From an uncultured virus (IMG/VR IMGVR_UViG_3300042141_000279) (taxonomy: Duplodnaviria > Heunggongvirae > Uroviricota > Caudoviricetes), in IMG/VR virus record IMGVR_UViG_3300042141_000279: 64,000 bases of DNA. One strand, written 5' to 3'. Made by a program: the position numbers and the translations under genes. Of the stretch, positions 37,371-46,987 are shown one piece after another (the first letter of the stretch is position 1; each line of letters starts with the position of its first letter). Below the pieces are notes generated by a model. It was not told the DNA's origin. It worked only from the letters and a program-made list of their open reading frames with translations, and did no database searches.

Positions 37371-38539
37371 CACTTCACCCCTGCGACGTGCATGGCCGTC
37401 AAGCCGCCCTCTGGGCGGTAGAGGAACGTCTCCATCGCTCGGCGGGCGCCTATGAATCCGTGCTCGGAGTGCCAGTCGTCCGTGGCCCCGACACTGGGAG
37501 CGGTTCGGACGATCACCGACTCGATGGTCTCGATCGGCCGCTGCCACTCGGCGGCCTGCGAGTGGTAGTGTCCCGTGTGGTACTCGCGGTACGGGCATCG
37601 CGCCCAATCGGCGGCGGCCTCGATCGCCATGATCTGCGGCAACTTCCGCTTCGCCCGGTGGCCGTGGGCGATTCCGAGCAGATTGGCCCCGTGCGTGACG
37701 TACTGCCGGCCGGTGAACTTCATGCTCACGGCGACGCGCTGGTCGTTTCGGAACCGCTCGAACAGGATGCGCTGAAACGCCCAACTGAGGGTCTCGTCAT
37801 GGTTCCCGTTCACGACGTGGACGTCGGTCGGCGTCGTCGCGGCGGACTGCTCGACGATCGACAAGAGCGCGTCGCTGCCGACCTCGATCATCTTCTGAAG
37901 GCGGCCGTCGCGCTCCAACTGCGTGCCGCTGGTGGTGGTCCCGTGCGGCGAGTCGTAGTGAAAGAGGTCGCCGAGGTAGAAGATGCTCCTCCGAGCGGGC
38001 TTGTACTCGTTGCCGACGGCGATCAGTTCGTTCGACGTCTGCCTGATGACGCGGTCGGCGATGTCGAGATCGTAGTCGCCGTGTCCGGTTGTCTTGCTCC
38101 ACGCATACTTGCCGACGTGAACGTCCGCCACCACGATGACCTGCCACAGTTCTCCCTTCGGCTTCTTGTGGCGGCTCACCGGCCGCTGCTTGAGGCCGAC
38201 GGCGCCGGCGATCATCGCCTCCACAACCTCGCGGGTCGTCGGCCCCGCCTTGGGCTTCAGCCGGACGAAGACGCGGTGTAACTCGGTGACGGTCGTGCCG
38301 CCCTTGCCATCGCTCGTCGCGCACTCCCACTTGGTGGCTTCGGATGCCGCTACTTCATACCGCTGCAAGTCCGCCTCGATGTGCGCGAGGAGGTCTTCGA
38401 CGGTCTTGATGCGGCGGCTCGTGCTGCGGGCCTCGAGCACGTCGCCCTCGCGCTTGGTCGTGACCTGCTCCGCGTCCGGGGCGGGTTCAGGCTGTGGCAG
38501 TTTGGCCGCCACCTTGGCGATCAAGTCCTCCTGAGCCAT
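37370..38539 (-). CDS. Calcineurin-like metallophosphoesterase
   Basis: DVHVG, GDLFH, GNHD, HGH, GHYH. Confidence 0.85.
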   Translation of the reverse strand: MAQEDLIAKVAAKLPQPEPAPDAEQVTTKREGDVLEARSTSRRIKTVEDLLAHIEADLQRYEVAASEATKWECATSDGKGGTTVTELHRVFVRLKPKAGPTTREVVEAMIAGAVGLKQRPVSRHKKPKGELWQVIVVADVHVGKYAWSKTTGHGDYDLDIADRVIRQTSNELIAVGNEYKPARRSIFYLGDLFHYDSPHGTTTSGTQLERDGRLQKMIEVGSDALLSIVEQSAATTPTDVHVVNGNHDETLSWAFQRILFERFRNDQRVAVSMKFTGRQYVTHGANLLGIAHGHRAKRKLPQIMAIEAAADWARCPYREYHTGHYHSQAAEWQRPIETIESVIVRTAPSVGATDDWHSEHGFIGARRAMETFLYRPEGGLTAMHVAGVK

Positions 38540-38778
38540 GCCTTCACTCCTTGCGGGCCGATGACGATGCCCAGTTCGCCGAGCGTCGCCGAGATCGCCC
38601 GGCACGCCGTGATCTCCCGCTTGCCGAACCGGCCTGCAAAGTACGCATCGCGGAGCGGCAGAACCTGCTCCGCCTGCTCCGGCGTGAGCCGCTGCCACCA
38701 CGGTTTGACGTGCGGCGTCGTGTCCACCCGGGACGCGACTCGTTCGATGAGGTCATCCGCTGACAACTTCTCGTCCAT
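38521..38778 (-). CDS. Hypothetical protein
   Basis: GAGGTG SD; clean ORF. Confidence 0.55.
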   Translation of the reverse strand: MDEKLSADDLIERVASRVDTTPHVKPWWQRLTPEQAEQVLPLRDAYFAGRFGKREITACRAISATLGELGIVIGPQGVKAWLRRT

Positions 38779-38786
38779 GCTGCACC

Positions 38787-39851
38787 TCACGAGAGACCGT
38801 CGCACGCCATCAGGAGTGCGCTGATGTGATGCCCGACACGCTCCTCGTCCCCTGACAGGATCGCTTCCACGCCAGACCCGGCGGCGTCGATGGCCCCCGC
38901 GTGGACGCTCTCGCAGACCGCGGCGTCCTCGGCGAACACGGCTCGGTTAAAGTCCACGACCGCCCTGTTGAACACCTCGCGGCGTTCCGCCTGTGCCGGC
39001 GAGAGGTCGCCGACCTTCGTCGCGTAGACCAGAGACGTGAACTCCGTGTCGCCGACGCCAGCCGGCGAGAAGAACTGGACCGATACGCTCATGCCGGCCG
39101 CGCTCGCGATTGTGCAGTGCGGGAAGACCAGTTGGTGGACGTAGCCGGCAGGCTTGTACGGACGCGACGCGAACACGTCCTCCATCGATTCAAGCCACGC
39201 CGTGGTCTTCGCGGACAAGGGCGTCGACCACGACGAGTGCGGGCCGGCGAATGAGAACTCGCCGCCGTTCGCGCCGAGCCGGTGGAACGTCTCCGGGTGG
39301 ACGTGGCCGACGTGGTACGCCTCGAGCGTGTTCTCGACGGCGATCTTCCAGTTGCACCGCATCCAGATGCGGTTCGTGTCGAGTTTCTCGCCGCAGGCTT
39401 CCGTCATCGCGGCGATCGTCCCCCAAGCATCTCCGAGCCACGCCTCCAGTTCGATCGCTTTCGTGCGGCAGACGAACACGAGGTTCCCGCACCGGGCCGT
39501 CTCGTACACGGCGAGGCCGTGCTCCGCGAGGTTCACGCCGTCGAAACTGGGCCGCTTCGGCACCCGGCACGGTAGGCCGTCAGGCCCGAACTCCCAGCCG
39601 TGGTAGCCGCAGACAAGCGGGCCGGTCCCGCAGGGCTTCGTGACAAGCCTGTTGAGGCGGTGCGGACAGACGTTCAGGAACGCCTTCAGTTCGCCGTCGA
39701 CGTTCTGGACGATGACCTTCCCGCGGACGACGTAGTCGCCGTCTCCGGCGATCTCGTTCGCCATGCAGGCCGGAGTCCAGACGGAGTTCGCAAGCGCCGT
39801 CACCTCGCGGGCGTACTGCTCCTCAGAAGCGTAGTAGGCGGCCGGGATCAT
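38787..39851 (-). CDS. Rieske non-heme iron oxygenase (ring-hydroxylating alpha-subunit family)
   Basis: CPHR...CGYHGW Rieske ligands; NWK..VEN..EAYHVGHVH and ED..VCE mononuclear Fe site. Confidence 0.92.
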   Translation of the reverse strand: MIPAAYYASEEQYAREVTALANSVWTPACMANEIAGDGDYVVRGKVIVQNVDGELKAFLNVCPHRLNRLVTKPCGTGPLVCGYHGWEFGPDGLPCRVPKRPSFDGVNLAEHGLAVYETARCGNLVFVCRTKAIELEAWLGDAWGTIAAMTEACGEKLDTNRIWMRCNWKIAVENTLEAYHVGHVHPETFHRLGANGGEFSFAGPHSSWSTPLSAKTTAWLESMEDVFASRPYKPAGYVHQLVFPHCTIASAAGMSVSVQFFSPAGVGDTEFTSLVYATKVGDLSPAQAERREVFNRAVVDFNRAVFAEDAAVCESVHAGAIDAAGSGVEAILSGDEERVGHHISALLMACDGLS

Positions 39852-40579
39852 TGTGCTGTCATGCCCCCGTCGATCGTGAGGATGGCCCCCGTCGTCCACT
39901 TCTGCCGCAGGAGGTACTGGATCGCCTCGGCGACGTCCTCCGGCTCGCCGAGGCCGAGGAGGTGATCGTCGACCACGGCTTGCCACTGCTTCGGAGACAT
40001 CGTGTGCTCGAGCCGCTCCTGCATCGGCGTCCTGACGACGCCGGGGGCGACGGCGTTGACCCGGATGCCGGAGGGGGCCAGTTCGACCGCCAGCGCCTTG
40101 GTCAGCCCGAGCACTGCCGCTTTCGACGCGGCGTAGGCGCTCGCAGCGGCCTGTCCGACGATTCCAGCCACGCTCGCCACGAACACGATCGCGTCGGACC
40201 CGCCGGCCCGAACGGCCGGCTGCCGGAACGCCTTGGCGACGTGCCACGCCGTGTGGTAGTTCGCCGCGATCATCTCGTCCGCTTTGGCGTGCGTCTGGTA
40301 TCGCAGGGGGATCAGCGAGTGGATGCCGGCGGCGTGGACGACGCCATCGAACTTCCCGTGGACCGCAGCGATGTCCGCGAGCACGTCGTCGGTGCGGTCG
40401 CCCAGCGACACGAGGTCGATGCTCTTCCAGCCGTGGTTGCCTGCTGGCAGTGCGTCGTGGACTTCCCGCAGGCGGCCGTAGTCCCGGCCGAGCAGGTAGA
40501 CGTCGTGGCCTCCGGCGGCCAAGAGTCTCGCCGTGGCGGCCCCGATGCCGCTGGACCCTCCGGTCACGAGGTATCTCAC
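39848..40579 (-). CDS. SDR oxidoreductase (FabG-like)
   Basis: TGGSSGIG, VHAAG, S...YAASK, RVNAVAPG, IDGG. Confidence 0.92.
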   Translation of the reverse strand: MRYLVTGGSSGIGAATARLLAAGGHDVYLLGRDYGRLREVHDALPAGNHGWKSIDLVSLGDRTDDVLADIAAVHGKFDGVVHAAGIHSLIPLRYQTHAKADEMIAANYHTAWHVAKAFRQPAVRAGGSDAIVFVASVAGIVGQAAASAYAASKAAVLGLTKALAVELAPSGIRVNAVAPGVVRTPMQERLEHTMSPKQWQAVVDDHLLGLGEPEDVAEAIQYLLRQKWTTGAILTIDGGMTAQ

Positions 40580-41511
40580 TCGGCGACCTCCACGAGGTCG
40601 TGGAGCCTCGTCGTGGACAGGTCGGCGGCGACGGCGCAGTACGACCAGCCACCGCCGAATCCGGCCATGACCGTCTTCCCCTTGCCGCCGGTGGTCACGA
40701 GCGCCAGCGGGATCGACGCGCTCGACACGTTGCCGAACCGCCGGACGACGCCGTCGACCCACTTTGACTCCGGCACGCCGCACTTCTCGCGGAGGTGGCG
40801 GAGCATGAACTGGTTCGGCTGGTGCGGCACGATCTGGTCGACCGTGTCCATCGTCCAGCCGGCCGCAGCGAGCGACTCGGTGACCATCATCGGCACCGTC
40901 CGCACCGCGAACTCAAAGACCTCGGCGCCGTTCATCTTCAAGTACGCCGTGTCGCCGTGACCGAGCGACAGATGATCCGCCCCGCTCCCGTCGCTGCCGA
41001 AGGCGACGTGCATGGGCGGAGCGTCCTCGTCCCGCTCGAGGATCGTCGCGCTCACTGCGTCGCCGAAGAGAGGCTCGGTCGCCCTGTCGTTCGGCGAGAC
41101 GACGGTCGACAGGCAGTCGCCGGCGACCAAGAGGACGCGGGGCACGCCGGCGGCCACGAGGCCGGACGCCACCGCGAGGCCGTAGGTGTAGCCGGAGCAC
41201 CCTTGGTTCACGTCGAACGCAGCACACGCCGTGCCGAGATTGAGCCTGCCGTGCAGGACGTTCGCGACCGGGGGGATGCGCTGATCCGGCGTCTGCGTGA
41301 CGACGACGATCGCCTGCACCGCCCGGCCGAGCACCTCGCGGCACGCGGCCTCGGCCAAGTCGGTGAGCGTCAGGCGATCGACGACACGACGCTCGCGGAC
41401 GCCGGTGGCGGCCTCCAGTTTCGACGCCGCGGCGCCCCAGCGCGACTGATCTCGCACGGTCGAAGGCACGGCCACGGCGATGTCGCGGATCGCGACGCCT
41501 TGGATGCTCAT
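40576..41511 (-). CDS. fabH: 3-oxoacyl-ACP synthase III family
   Basis: DVNQGCSG (Cys), LFGDA, HQPN (His), GNVSSASIP (Asn), GFGGG. Confidence 0.92.
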   Translation of the reverse strand: MSIQGVAIRDIAVAVPSTVRDQSRWGAAASKLEAATGVRERRVVDRLTLTDLAEAACREVLGRAVQAIVVVTQTPDQRIPPVANVLHGRLNLGTACAAFDVNQGCSGYTYGLAVASGLVAAGVPRVLLVAGDCLSTVVSPNDRATEPLFGDAVSATILERDEDAPPMHVAFGSDGSGADHLSLGHGDTAYLKMNGAEVFEFAVRTVPMMVTESLAAAGWTMDTVDQIVPHQPNQFMLRHLREKCGVPESKWVDGVVRRFGNVSSASIPLALVTTGGKGKTVMAGFGGGWSYCAVAADLSTTRLHDLVEVAE

Positions 41512-41726
41512 TGGATTCCCACGAGCGCGGCCAAGTCGCCGACGGTCCTTGCTTCCATGAGCCGTGCGGCGCTCACGATCACGCCGTACTTCTTGTCGGC
41601 CATCGCCATGAACCCCATCGCGCTCATGGAGTCCCACCCGGCAAGGTGGTTCAGGGACATCTCCGGCTGGCTGGTGCCGGCCGGCTGCTCGACCAGTTGG
41701 TCGAGCGCTTCGCAGAACTCGCTCAT
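41508..41726 (-). CDS. Acyl carrier protein
   Basis: 72 aa; WDSM phosphopantetheine Ser; TVGDL. Confidence 0.85.
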   Translation of the reverse strand: MSEFCEALDQLVEQPAGTSQPEMSLNHLAGWDSMSAMGFMAMADKKYGVIVSAARLMEARTVGDLAALVGIQ

Positions 41727-42334
41727 TGTGGCTTCCTGTAGATAACGGCCGCAGGGACTCCCATCACGGTGGATCGCTCCGGCGCCTCGCGGACGACGAC
41801 GCTGCCGCTGCCAACGATCGACCAGTCGCCGGCGTGGGCGTGTGGCAGGATGCTCGCGTGCGACCCGACGAGGACGCCCTCTCCGAGGCTCGCGTGCCCG
41901 CAGATGTCGGCGTGGCTTGAGATCGAGCAATAGTCGCCGGTCACCGTGTCGTGGCCGACGGTCGCAGCGCAGTTGACCGTCACGAACCGCCCGATGGACG
42001 AGCCGACGCTCAGGATCGCATGGGGGCAAATCACGCAGCCCTCTCCCATCGCGGCCGGCTCGGTGACGATCGCGGTCGGGTGAACGAGCGTCCAGAACCG
42101 CGCCCCGCGACTGCGGAGCCGCTCACAGACGATCCGCTTGAGGGCCGGCTCGCCGATGCCGCACAGGAAGACGTCGCGAGGTGAGAATACGAGGTCGTCA
42201 GGCAGGACGGGCAGGCCGCACGCGACGCCCTCGGCCGTGTCGAGGAAGGCGTCCACGTCGATGCCTGCGTCCCGTGCCCAGCGGAGCACCTCGCGGCCGA
42301 AGCCGCCGGCGCCCACGATGTACGTGTTGCTCAC
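41723..42334 (-). CDS. NeuD/PglD/VioB-like sugar N-acyltransferase
   Basis: IVGAGGFGREV, LVHPTA, VGHD, hexapeptide repeats, GVPA. Confidence 0.9.
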   Translation of the reverse strand: MSNTYIVGAGGFGREVLRWARDAGIDVDAFLDTAEGVACGLPVLPDDLVFSPRDVFLCGIGEPALKRIVCERLRSRGARFWTLVHPTAIVTEPAAMGEGCVICPHAILSVGSSIGRFVTVNCAATVGHDTVTGDYCSISSHADICGHASLGEGVLVGSHASILPHAHAGDWSIVGSGSVVVREAPERSTVMGVPAAVIYRKPQ

Positions 42335-42636
42335 GGCTGCTTGTCCTCTTGCAGGCGGTAGCCTAAGAACCAGAGGATTCTGCTCACGTCGCGGGCGCTC
42401 GCCGTGATCGTCTCCTCGGACATCTGCGGGAAGCACACATGGAGCGCCTCGTGGATTTCGGTCTCCATGCGAGTCCGACCTTTCAGCCGCGAGTCGATCA
42501 AGACCTTCCGCACCGACGGCTCGTCGGGCTTGTTCGGGTCAGGCAGGTACGCCCACCCAGCCGCCTGCCCTCGGAGACGGCTATATCGCCACACCCAGCG
42601 GGCGCCAGCGATCAGGAAGTGGTGGGTCGCCGCCAT
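42331..42636 (-). CDS. Small HExxH protein (minimal metallopeptidase-like)
   Basis: IHEALH followed by downstream EE. Confidence 0.55.
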   Translation of the reverse strand: MAATHHFLIAGARWVWRYSRLRGQAAGWAYLPDPNKPDEPSVRKVLIDSRLKGRTRMETEIHEALHVCFPQMSEETITASARDVSRILWFLGYRLQEDKQP

Positions 42637-42717
42637 GCCGGATAGTGTCCTTGGGACGCCTAGCGTAAGTCAAGTGATGTTTTTTGGTGCTAGCACGCAC
42701 GCGATGTGCTGCTGCTC

Positions 42718-43263
42718 TCACCGATCCTTCACAACGACGACTTGGGCTGCTTTGTGCAGGACTCGCATCTTGAGGCAGTAACACCGCAGAAAAGCGTCAA
42801 TCCCTTCTTTCGTGTCGATGCTTCCAAAAGAGTGCTCGTGTGGGATCACGTACCTGTAGTCGTCGAACACAAGAACTCCACCTCTAGTCAGGAGCATCCA
42901 CGACAGCACGGCGTTTTCAAGCACAACCCTGCCGTCGTGGTTGCCGTCTATGTAGATGCACTCAAATTCACGTCCTGCTTGAATGAATGATAGGAGTGCC
43001 TTCGTGATGTCGGACTTGACCATGATGGCGCGACCAGCAGTGTTCTCCGCAAACCTCCGCTCAATGCGCTCATCTAGCCAATGGTCAACGCACGTCAGTT
43101 CGTCGCCGTCGCTCATGGCGTTGCTGATGAGCCACGTCGCCGACCTGCCCTCGTAAGAGCCGAGTTCCAGAAATCGCCTTCGGCCCTGTGGGAGCGCCGG
43201 GACGACCACCTTCTCCCATACTGGAATCGTGTATGAGTGCCAGTCTGACGTGAACGTGGTCAT
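42718..43263 (-). CDS. Class I SAM-dependent methyltransferase
   Basis: LELGSYEGRS, IYIDGNH, GGVLVFDDY. Confidence 0.88.
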   Translation of the reverse strand: MTTFTSDWHSYTIPVWEKVVVPALPQGRRRFLELGSYEGRSATWLISNAMSDGDELTCVDHWLDERIERRFAENTAGRAIMVKSDITKALLSFIQAGREFECIYIDGNHDGRVVLENAVLSWMLLTRGGVLVFDDYRYVIPHEHSFGSIDTKEGIDAFLRCYCLKMRVLHKAAQVVVVKDR

Positions 43264-44402
43264 CCGTCCTCCATCCTTCCCTGAAAATACCGCAGCGCCA
43301 AGTGGCTGTAGTCTTGGTCCCTCCACACCAGAAGGCCGTCTGGTCGCCTGTCGAGAGGGTATTCTCCGGCCACCATCTGCGGCATGAACAGATAGCGTTC
43401 CTCGTACTTTCTGTTGTCTCGCGAGCCGTGCCATTTGTGGTACACGGTGCCTCGCAGAGTTCCTACAGTCGGCTTCAGCGACAGCATCCGCTCCCGATAC
43501 GCCTTATAGGACGGCGTCTCGGCGAATGCGTGGCTTTCGCTTTTTGGCAGCCTCGGCACACCGGGCGTCATTGAAAACACCCACGCCGCGTCTCCTCCGC
43601 CAAGCGGGTGCCTGTCATAAAACCCGCCGCATCGCGCAAAGAATTCCCTCGTCATCGCCCATGCGAATCCGGGGTGAAATCTTCCGAGAAGCGGCTGCTC
43701 GCCTTGGCGTATCGCCATCGCCGACGGCTCCCTGACAAGTTCGATGGCGTTGTCTTTTGAAAGCCACGCCGCCGCCGAGAATGGTTGGATCGCATCGCAC
43801 TCGTCGAGCGCCTCGCTGGTTGCGTCGAAGATGTCTCGCCGCGAAAAAAACACGTCCGCGTCGAGGAACAGCATCTTCGGCCGCGACGTCATGCCGGCCG
43901 CTAGGTTCCAGAGGTTTTCCTTCAGAAACAGCACCGAGTCGCTTTGCATCACCTCGGTGCGTACTCTGAGCGGAGTGTGTGCCGGTGATTGGTTTTGCTT
44001 GACGACCTGAAGAACGAGTGGCTCAACGCCAGAGGCCGTGAGCGACTCGCACACCTCGAAAAGCAACCGTGGCGGCGTCTTCCACCCGGCCGGGTTGTAG
44101 TGACACAGAATGACGTCGAGATCGGATCGTCTCGGCGACCAATACGAAGCCGTTCTGGCCTTGTGGGCCGCCGTGACAATGCGATCCGCAAGGCGGCGGT
44201 TGATCGAATGGCCCCGCTTCGCGGCCTCCTCGGCGAGCCATGCACGTTTCGTTTCGTGGTCAAGTGAGGGGTCGGTGTCTGCCACACGAACGCGGGCCTC
44301 GAGCGTTTTGCCGGTGAGTTTTGCTCCGGCGAGCCGCTCGCATATTCGCCTCGCCCTGCTGCCGGCTAACTGCTGGCCCCGCAACACGGCGTCACCCTCC
44401 AC
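43260..44402 (-). CDS. Putative glycosyltransferase (GT-A-like) with N-terminal extension
   Basis: KENLWN, FLDADV (DxD), HPGFAWA, GGFY, GGGD, HKWHG. Confidence 0.6.
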   Translation of the reverse strand: MEGDAVLRGQQLAGSRARRICERLAGAKLTGKTLEARVRVADTDPSLDHETKRAWLAEEAAKRGHSINRRLADRIVTAAHKARTASYWSPRRSDLDVILCHYNPAGWKTPPRLLFEVCESLTASGVEPLVLQVVKQNQSPAHTPLRVRTEVMQSDSVLFLKENLWNLAAGMTSRPKMLFLDADVFFSRRDIFDATSEALDECDAIQPFSAAAWLSKDNAIELVREPSAMAIRQGEQPLLGRFHPGFAWAMTREFFARCGGFYDRHPLGGGDAAWVFSMTPGVPRLPKSESHAFAETPSYKAYRERMLSLKPTVGTLRGTVYHKWHGSRDNRKYEERYLFMPQMVAGEYPLDRRPDGLLVWRDQDYSHLALRYFQGRMEDG

Positions 44403-46270
44403 CGCATAGACACTGGGTCGTACAGCAATTCTGCCTGATCGTTCTCATCAAGCGTGCGATTGGTGCCTGCATCCAGAAGAAGTCTGTTTGTAGAGTCGCT
44501 CGCGGTTGAGTTGTGGACGAGCGTCAGGATATTCGTCGCGACATTGATCAGGCGGAGTGCTTTGTTCTCACCGCCGCCAGAAAACCCTGTGATCGACCTG
44601 TTCGCGCTGTTTGCTGAGATACGCAGCACCGTCGCCGTGCCCGGCGAGTGGTCGTTGAGGTTGGCCGTGGCCTCTATCGTGTTCCAAATGTACGCGCCGG
44701 CCGCCGTCACGTCCGATGCGCTTATGGTGACCTGACCAGACTTCCCATTGACGCTGGTCACGGAACTTCCTGCCGTACCAGCCGCGGCGCCAGTGATTGT
44801 GATGAAACCAGCGGACGTTGAGATCGTGACGTTGTCGCCGGCAAGGATTGAGAGCGTGCCTGTCTGGGAGTTCAGGCTCTGGACGTAGGAGTGGGCGTGC
44901 GTTGATGAGGCAGCCGAGACATCGGTCGCCACGAGCGTGACGGTGCCTGTGCGGCCATTGACGCTACTGACGGGGCCATATTTGGCCGCTTCCGTGACGA
45001 AGTCGGTCACATCAGCGGCAACGTGGGTGTGGCTCGCGCTGGCCGCAGAGACGTCGGCTGATACAAGGGTGACCGTGCCCGTGCGCCCGTTGACGCTCGA
45101 TACTGGGCCGACCTTCGCGGCCTCCGTGGAAAAGTCGGTGATATTCGCGGCGACGTGCGTGTGGCTGGCACTAGCCGCGGAGACGTCGGTCGAGACCAGC
45201 GTGACCGTGCCTGTCCTGCCGTTCACCGAGGACACGGGGCCGAACTTCGCCGCTTCGGTCACGAAATCCGTGATGTTGGCCGCGACGTGGGTATGGCTTG
45301 CGGAGGCCGCGGAGACGTCGGAGGCGACGAGGGTGACCGTGCCTGTACGGCCGTTGACGCTCGACACGGGGCCGACCTTGGCCGCCTCGGTCGCGAAGTC
45401 CGTGATGTTCGCGGCAACGTGGGTGTGAACGGCACTCGCGGCCGACACGTCGGTCGATACCAGCGTGACGGCTCCGGTCCTGCCGTTGACGCTGGTCACC
45501 GAGCCGCCGCCTGTCCCGCCGGCCGACCCTGTGATCGTGATGAACCCTGCGGACGTCGAGATCGTGACGTTGTCGCCGGCAAGAATTGAGAGCGTGCCGG
45601 TCTGGGAGTTCAGGCTTTGGACGTAGGAGTGGGCGTGCGTCGTCGAAGCGGCCGAGACGTCGGAGGCGACGATTGTGACTGTGCCAGTCCTGCCGTTCAC
45701 CGAGGACACTGGGCCGTATTTGGCCGCTTCGGTGGCAAAGTCCGTGATGTTCGCGACAACGTGTGTGTGGCTGGCCGAGGCCGCTGAGACGTCAGTTGAG
45801 ACGAGCGTGATCGTCCCCGTTCTGCCGTTGACGCTTGAGACGGCCCCGCCTGTCGTGCCGCCTCCGGCCGAACCGACGATCGTGATCCCGCTCGAGGACG
45901 TCGAGATCGTGATGTTGCTGCCGGCGAGGACGTTGAGCGTCCCGGTGAGGCTGTTGAGGCTCTGGACGTATGAGTGGCCGTGCGTATTGCTGGCGGCCCC
46001 GACGTCGGTGGCGTTCAGGACGACCGCCCCGGTCTTCCCGTTGACGCTCGAGACTGGGGCGTCTGCGGCGGCGATCGTGAAGACGCCGCTTGTGGTCGTG
46101 ACGGTGACGTTGTTCCCGCCGGCCACGAGCAGGCCGGTCACGGCTTGGGCGACCATCGTCCCGATGCCGACGTCGACCGATCCCGGCGAGCCGACGGAGA
46201 CGCCGATGGTCGTCTCGGCCACGCTGGCAACGACGTTTGTCGTCCCGACGACCGTGACGTTGATGCTCAT
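44366..46270 (-). CDS. Ser/Thr-rich repetitive tail fibre-like protein
   Basis: Multiple 44-aa (132-bp) repeats [38 protein letters not shown]. Confidence 0.8.
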   Translation of the reverse strand: MSINVTVVGTTNVVASVAETTIGVSVGSPGSVDVGIGTMVAQAVTGLLVAGGNNVTVTTTSGVFTIAAADAPVSSVNGKTGAVVLNATDVGAASNTHGHSYVQSLNSLTGTLNVLAGSNITISTSSSGITIVGSAGGGTTGGAVSSVNGRTGTITLVSTDVSAASASHTHVVANITDFATEAAKYGPVSSVNGRTGTVTIVASDVSAASTTHAHSYVQSLNSQTGTLSILAGDNVTISTSAGFITITGSAGGTGGGSVTSVNGRTGAVTLVSTDVSAASAVHTHVAANITDFATEAAKVGPVSSVNGRTGTVTLVASDVSAASASHTHVAANITDFVTEAAKFGPVSSVNGRTGTVTLVSTDVSAASASHTHVAANITDFSTEAAKVGPVSSVNGRTGTVTLVSADVSAASASHTHVAADVTDFVTEAAKYGPVSSVNGRTGTVTLVATDVSAASSTHAHSYVQSLNSQTGTLSILAGDNVTISTSAGFITITGAAAGTAGSSVTSVNGKSGQVTISASDVTAAGAYIWNTIEATANLNDHSPGTATVLRISANSANRSITGFSGGGENKALRLINVATNILTLVHNSTASDSTNRLLLDAGTNRTLDENDQAELLYDPVSMRWRVTPCCGASS

Positions 46271-46635
46271 GGGTTCGCCACTGTCACGGTGCCGGAGAGA
46301 ACGGTCCTCGTGACCTGCCCGGTATCAACCCACCGCAAGTACCAGCGGTAGGCGATCGCCGGCGAGAGCGCGGCGGTCTGTTGCTCGGAGAGGCCGATCG
46401 TGATCTGGCCTGCGGCGAGGTTTGTGTTCGAGATGGAGAAGGTTGCCGCCGTCTCGCCGATGCCCGTCACGAACCCGGTCCCGCCGCCGCCGGAGGCGTA
46501 GACGGCGGTGACGTAGACGGCCGTCGTGATCGTGTACCCGGTGAGGTCGCGATCGAAGTCGAGCGCGATGGCAACCTCATCTGCGGCCACAAAAGTGACG
46601 TCGAGGGTGCCCGGTAGTTGCGAGAAAGTAGCCAT
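46267..46635 (-). CDS. Fibre adaptor-like protein (paralogue of 36189-36512)
   Basis: Shared N- and C-terminal motifs. Confidence 0.7.
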   Translation of the reverse strand: MATFSQLPGTLDVTFVAADEVAIALDFDRDLTGYTITTAVYVTAVYASGGGGTGFVTGIGETAATFSISNTNLAAGQITIGLSEQQTAALSPAIAYRWYLRWVDTGQVTRTVLSGTVTVANP

Positions 46636-46684
46636 TAGTCCATTTTAGCCTTTCTGCGGGCGTTTTATGACGGTGCGTGGCACG

Positions 46685-46987
46685 TCAATTCAACCCGTAC
46701 CAGCGGGCGGCCCTGTTCAGCACTCGCTCGATCTTGTCTTGCTGCTGGTAGCCCCACTGGTTGAGCCACCTCTGTCGCTTCGCGCAACCGCAGTCCTTGA
46801 CGCGGAGCCACTGCCTCACGCGATCCTTACTGATGCCGATGCGGGTGAGCATCCGTTCGACGAGGTCGCCGACGGCGATGCGAGGCAGGCGGCGACCGGA
46901 CGAACATCTCCGGTACGTTGGCAGGCGCAGCGCTTTGTGCCCGCACCGCACGCACGCGAGCGTCTGGGTGTCATAGTTGCAATTCAT
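46685..46987 (-). CDS. Cys-rich small protein
   Basis: GDLVE..L..IGI...DCGCAKRQRWLN motif. Confidence 0.65.
   Translation of the reverse strand: MNCNYDTQTLACVRCGHKALRLPTYRRCSSGRRLPRIAVGDLVERMLTRIGISKDRVRQWLRVKDCGCAKRQRWLNQWGYQQQDKIERVLNRAARWYGLN

Noticed and set aside
38787..41726. Aromatic-degradation or core fatty-acid-synthesis auxiliary metabolism
   Set aside because: No beta subunit, ferredoxin, reductase or elongation enzymes; coupling to a sugar acyltransferase fits glycan acylation better.
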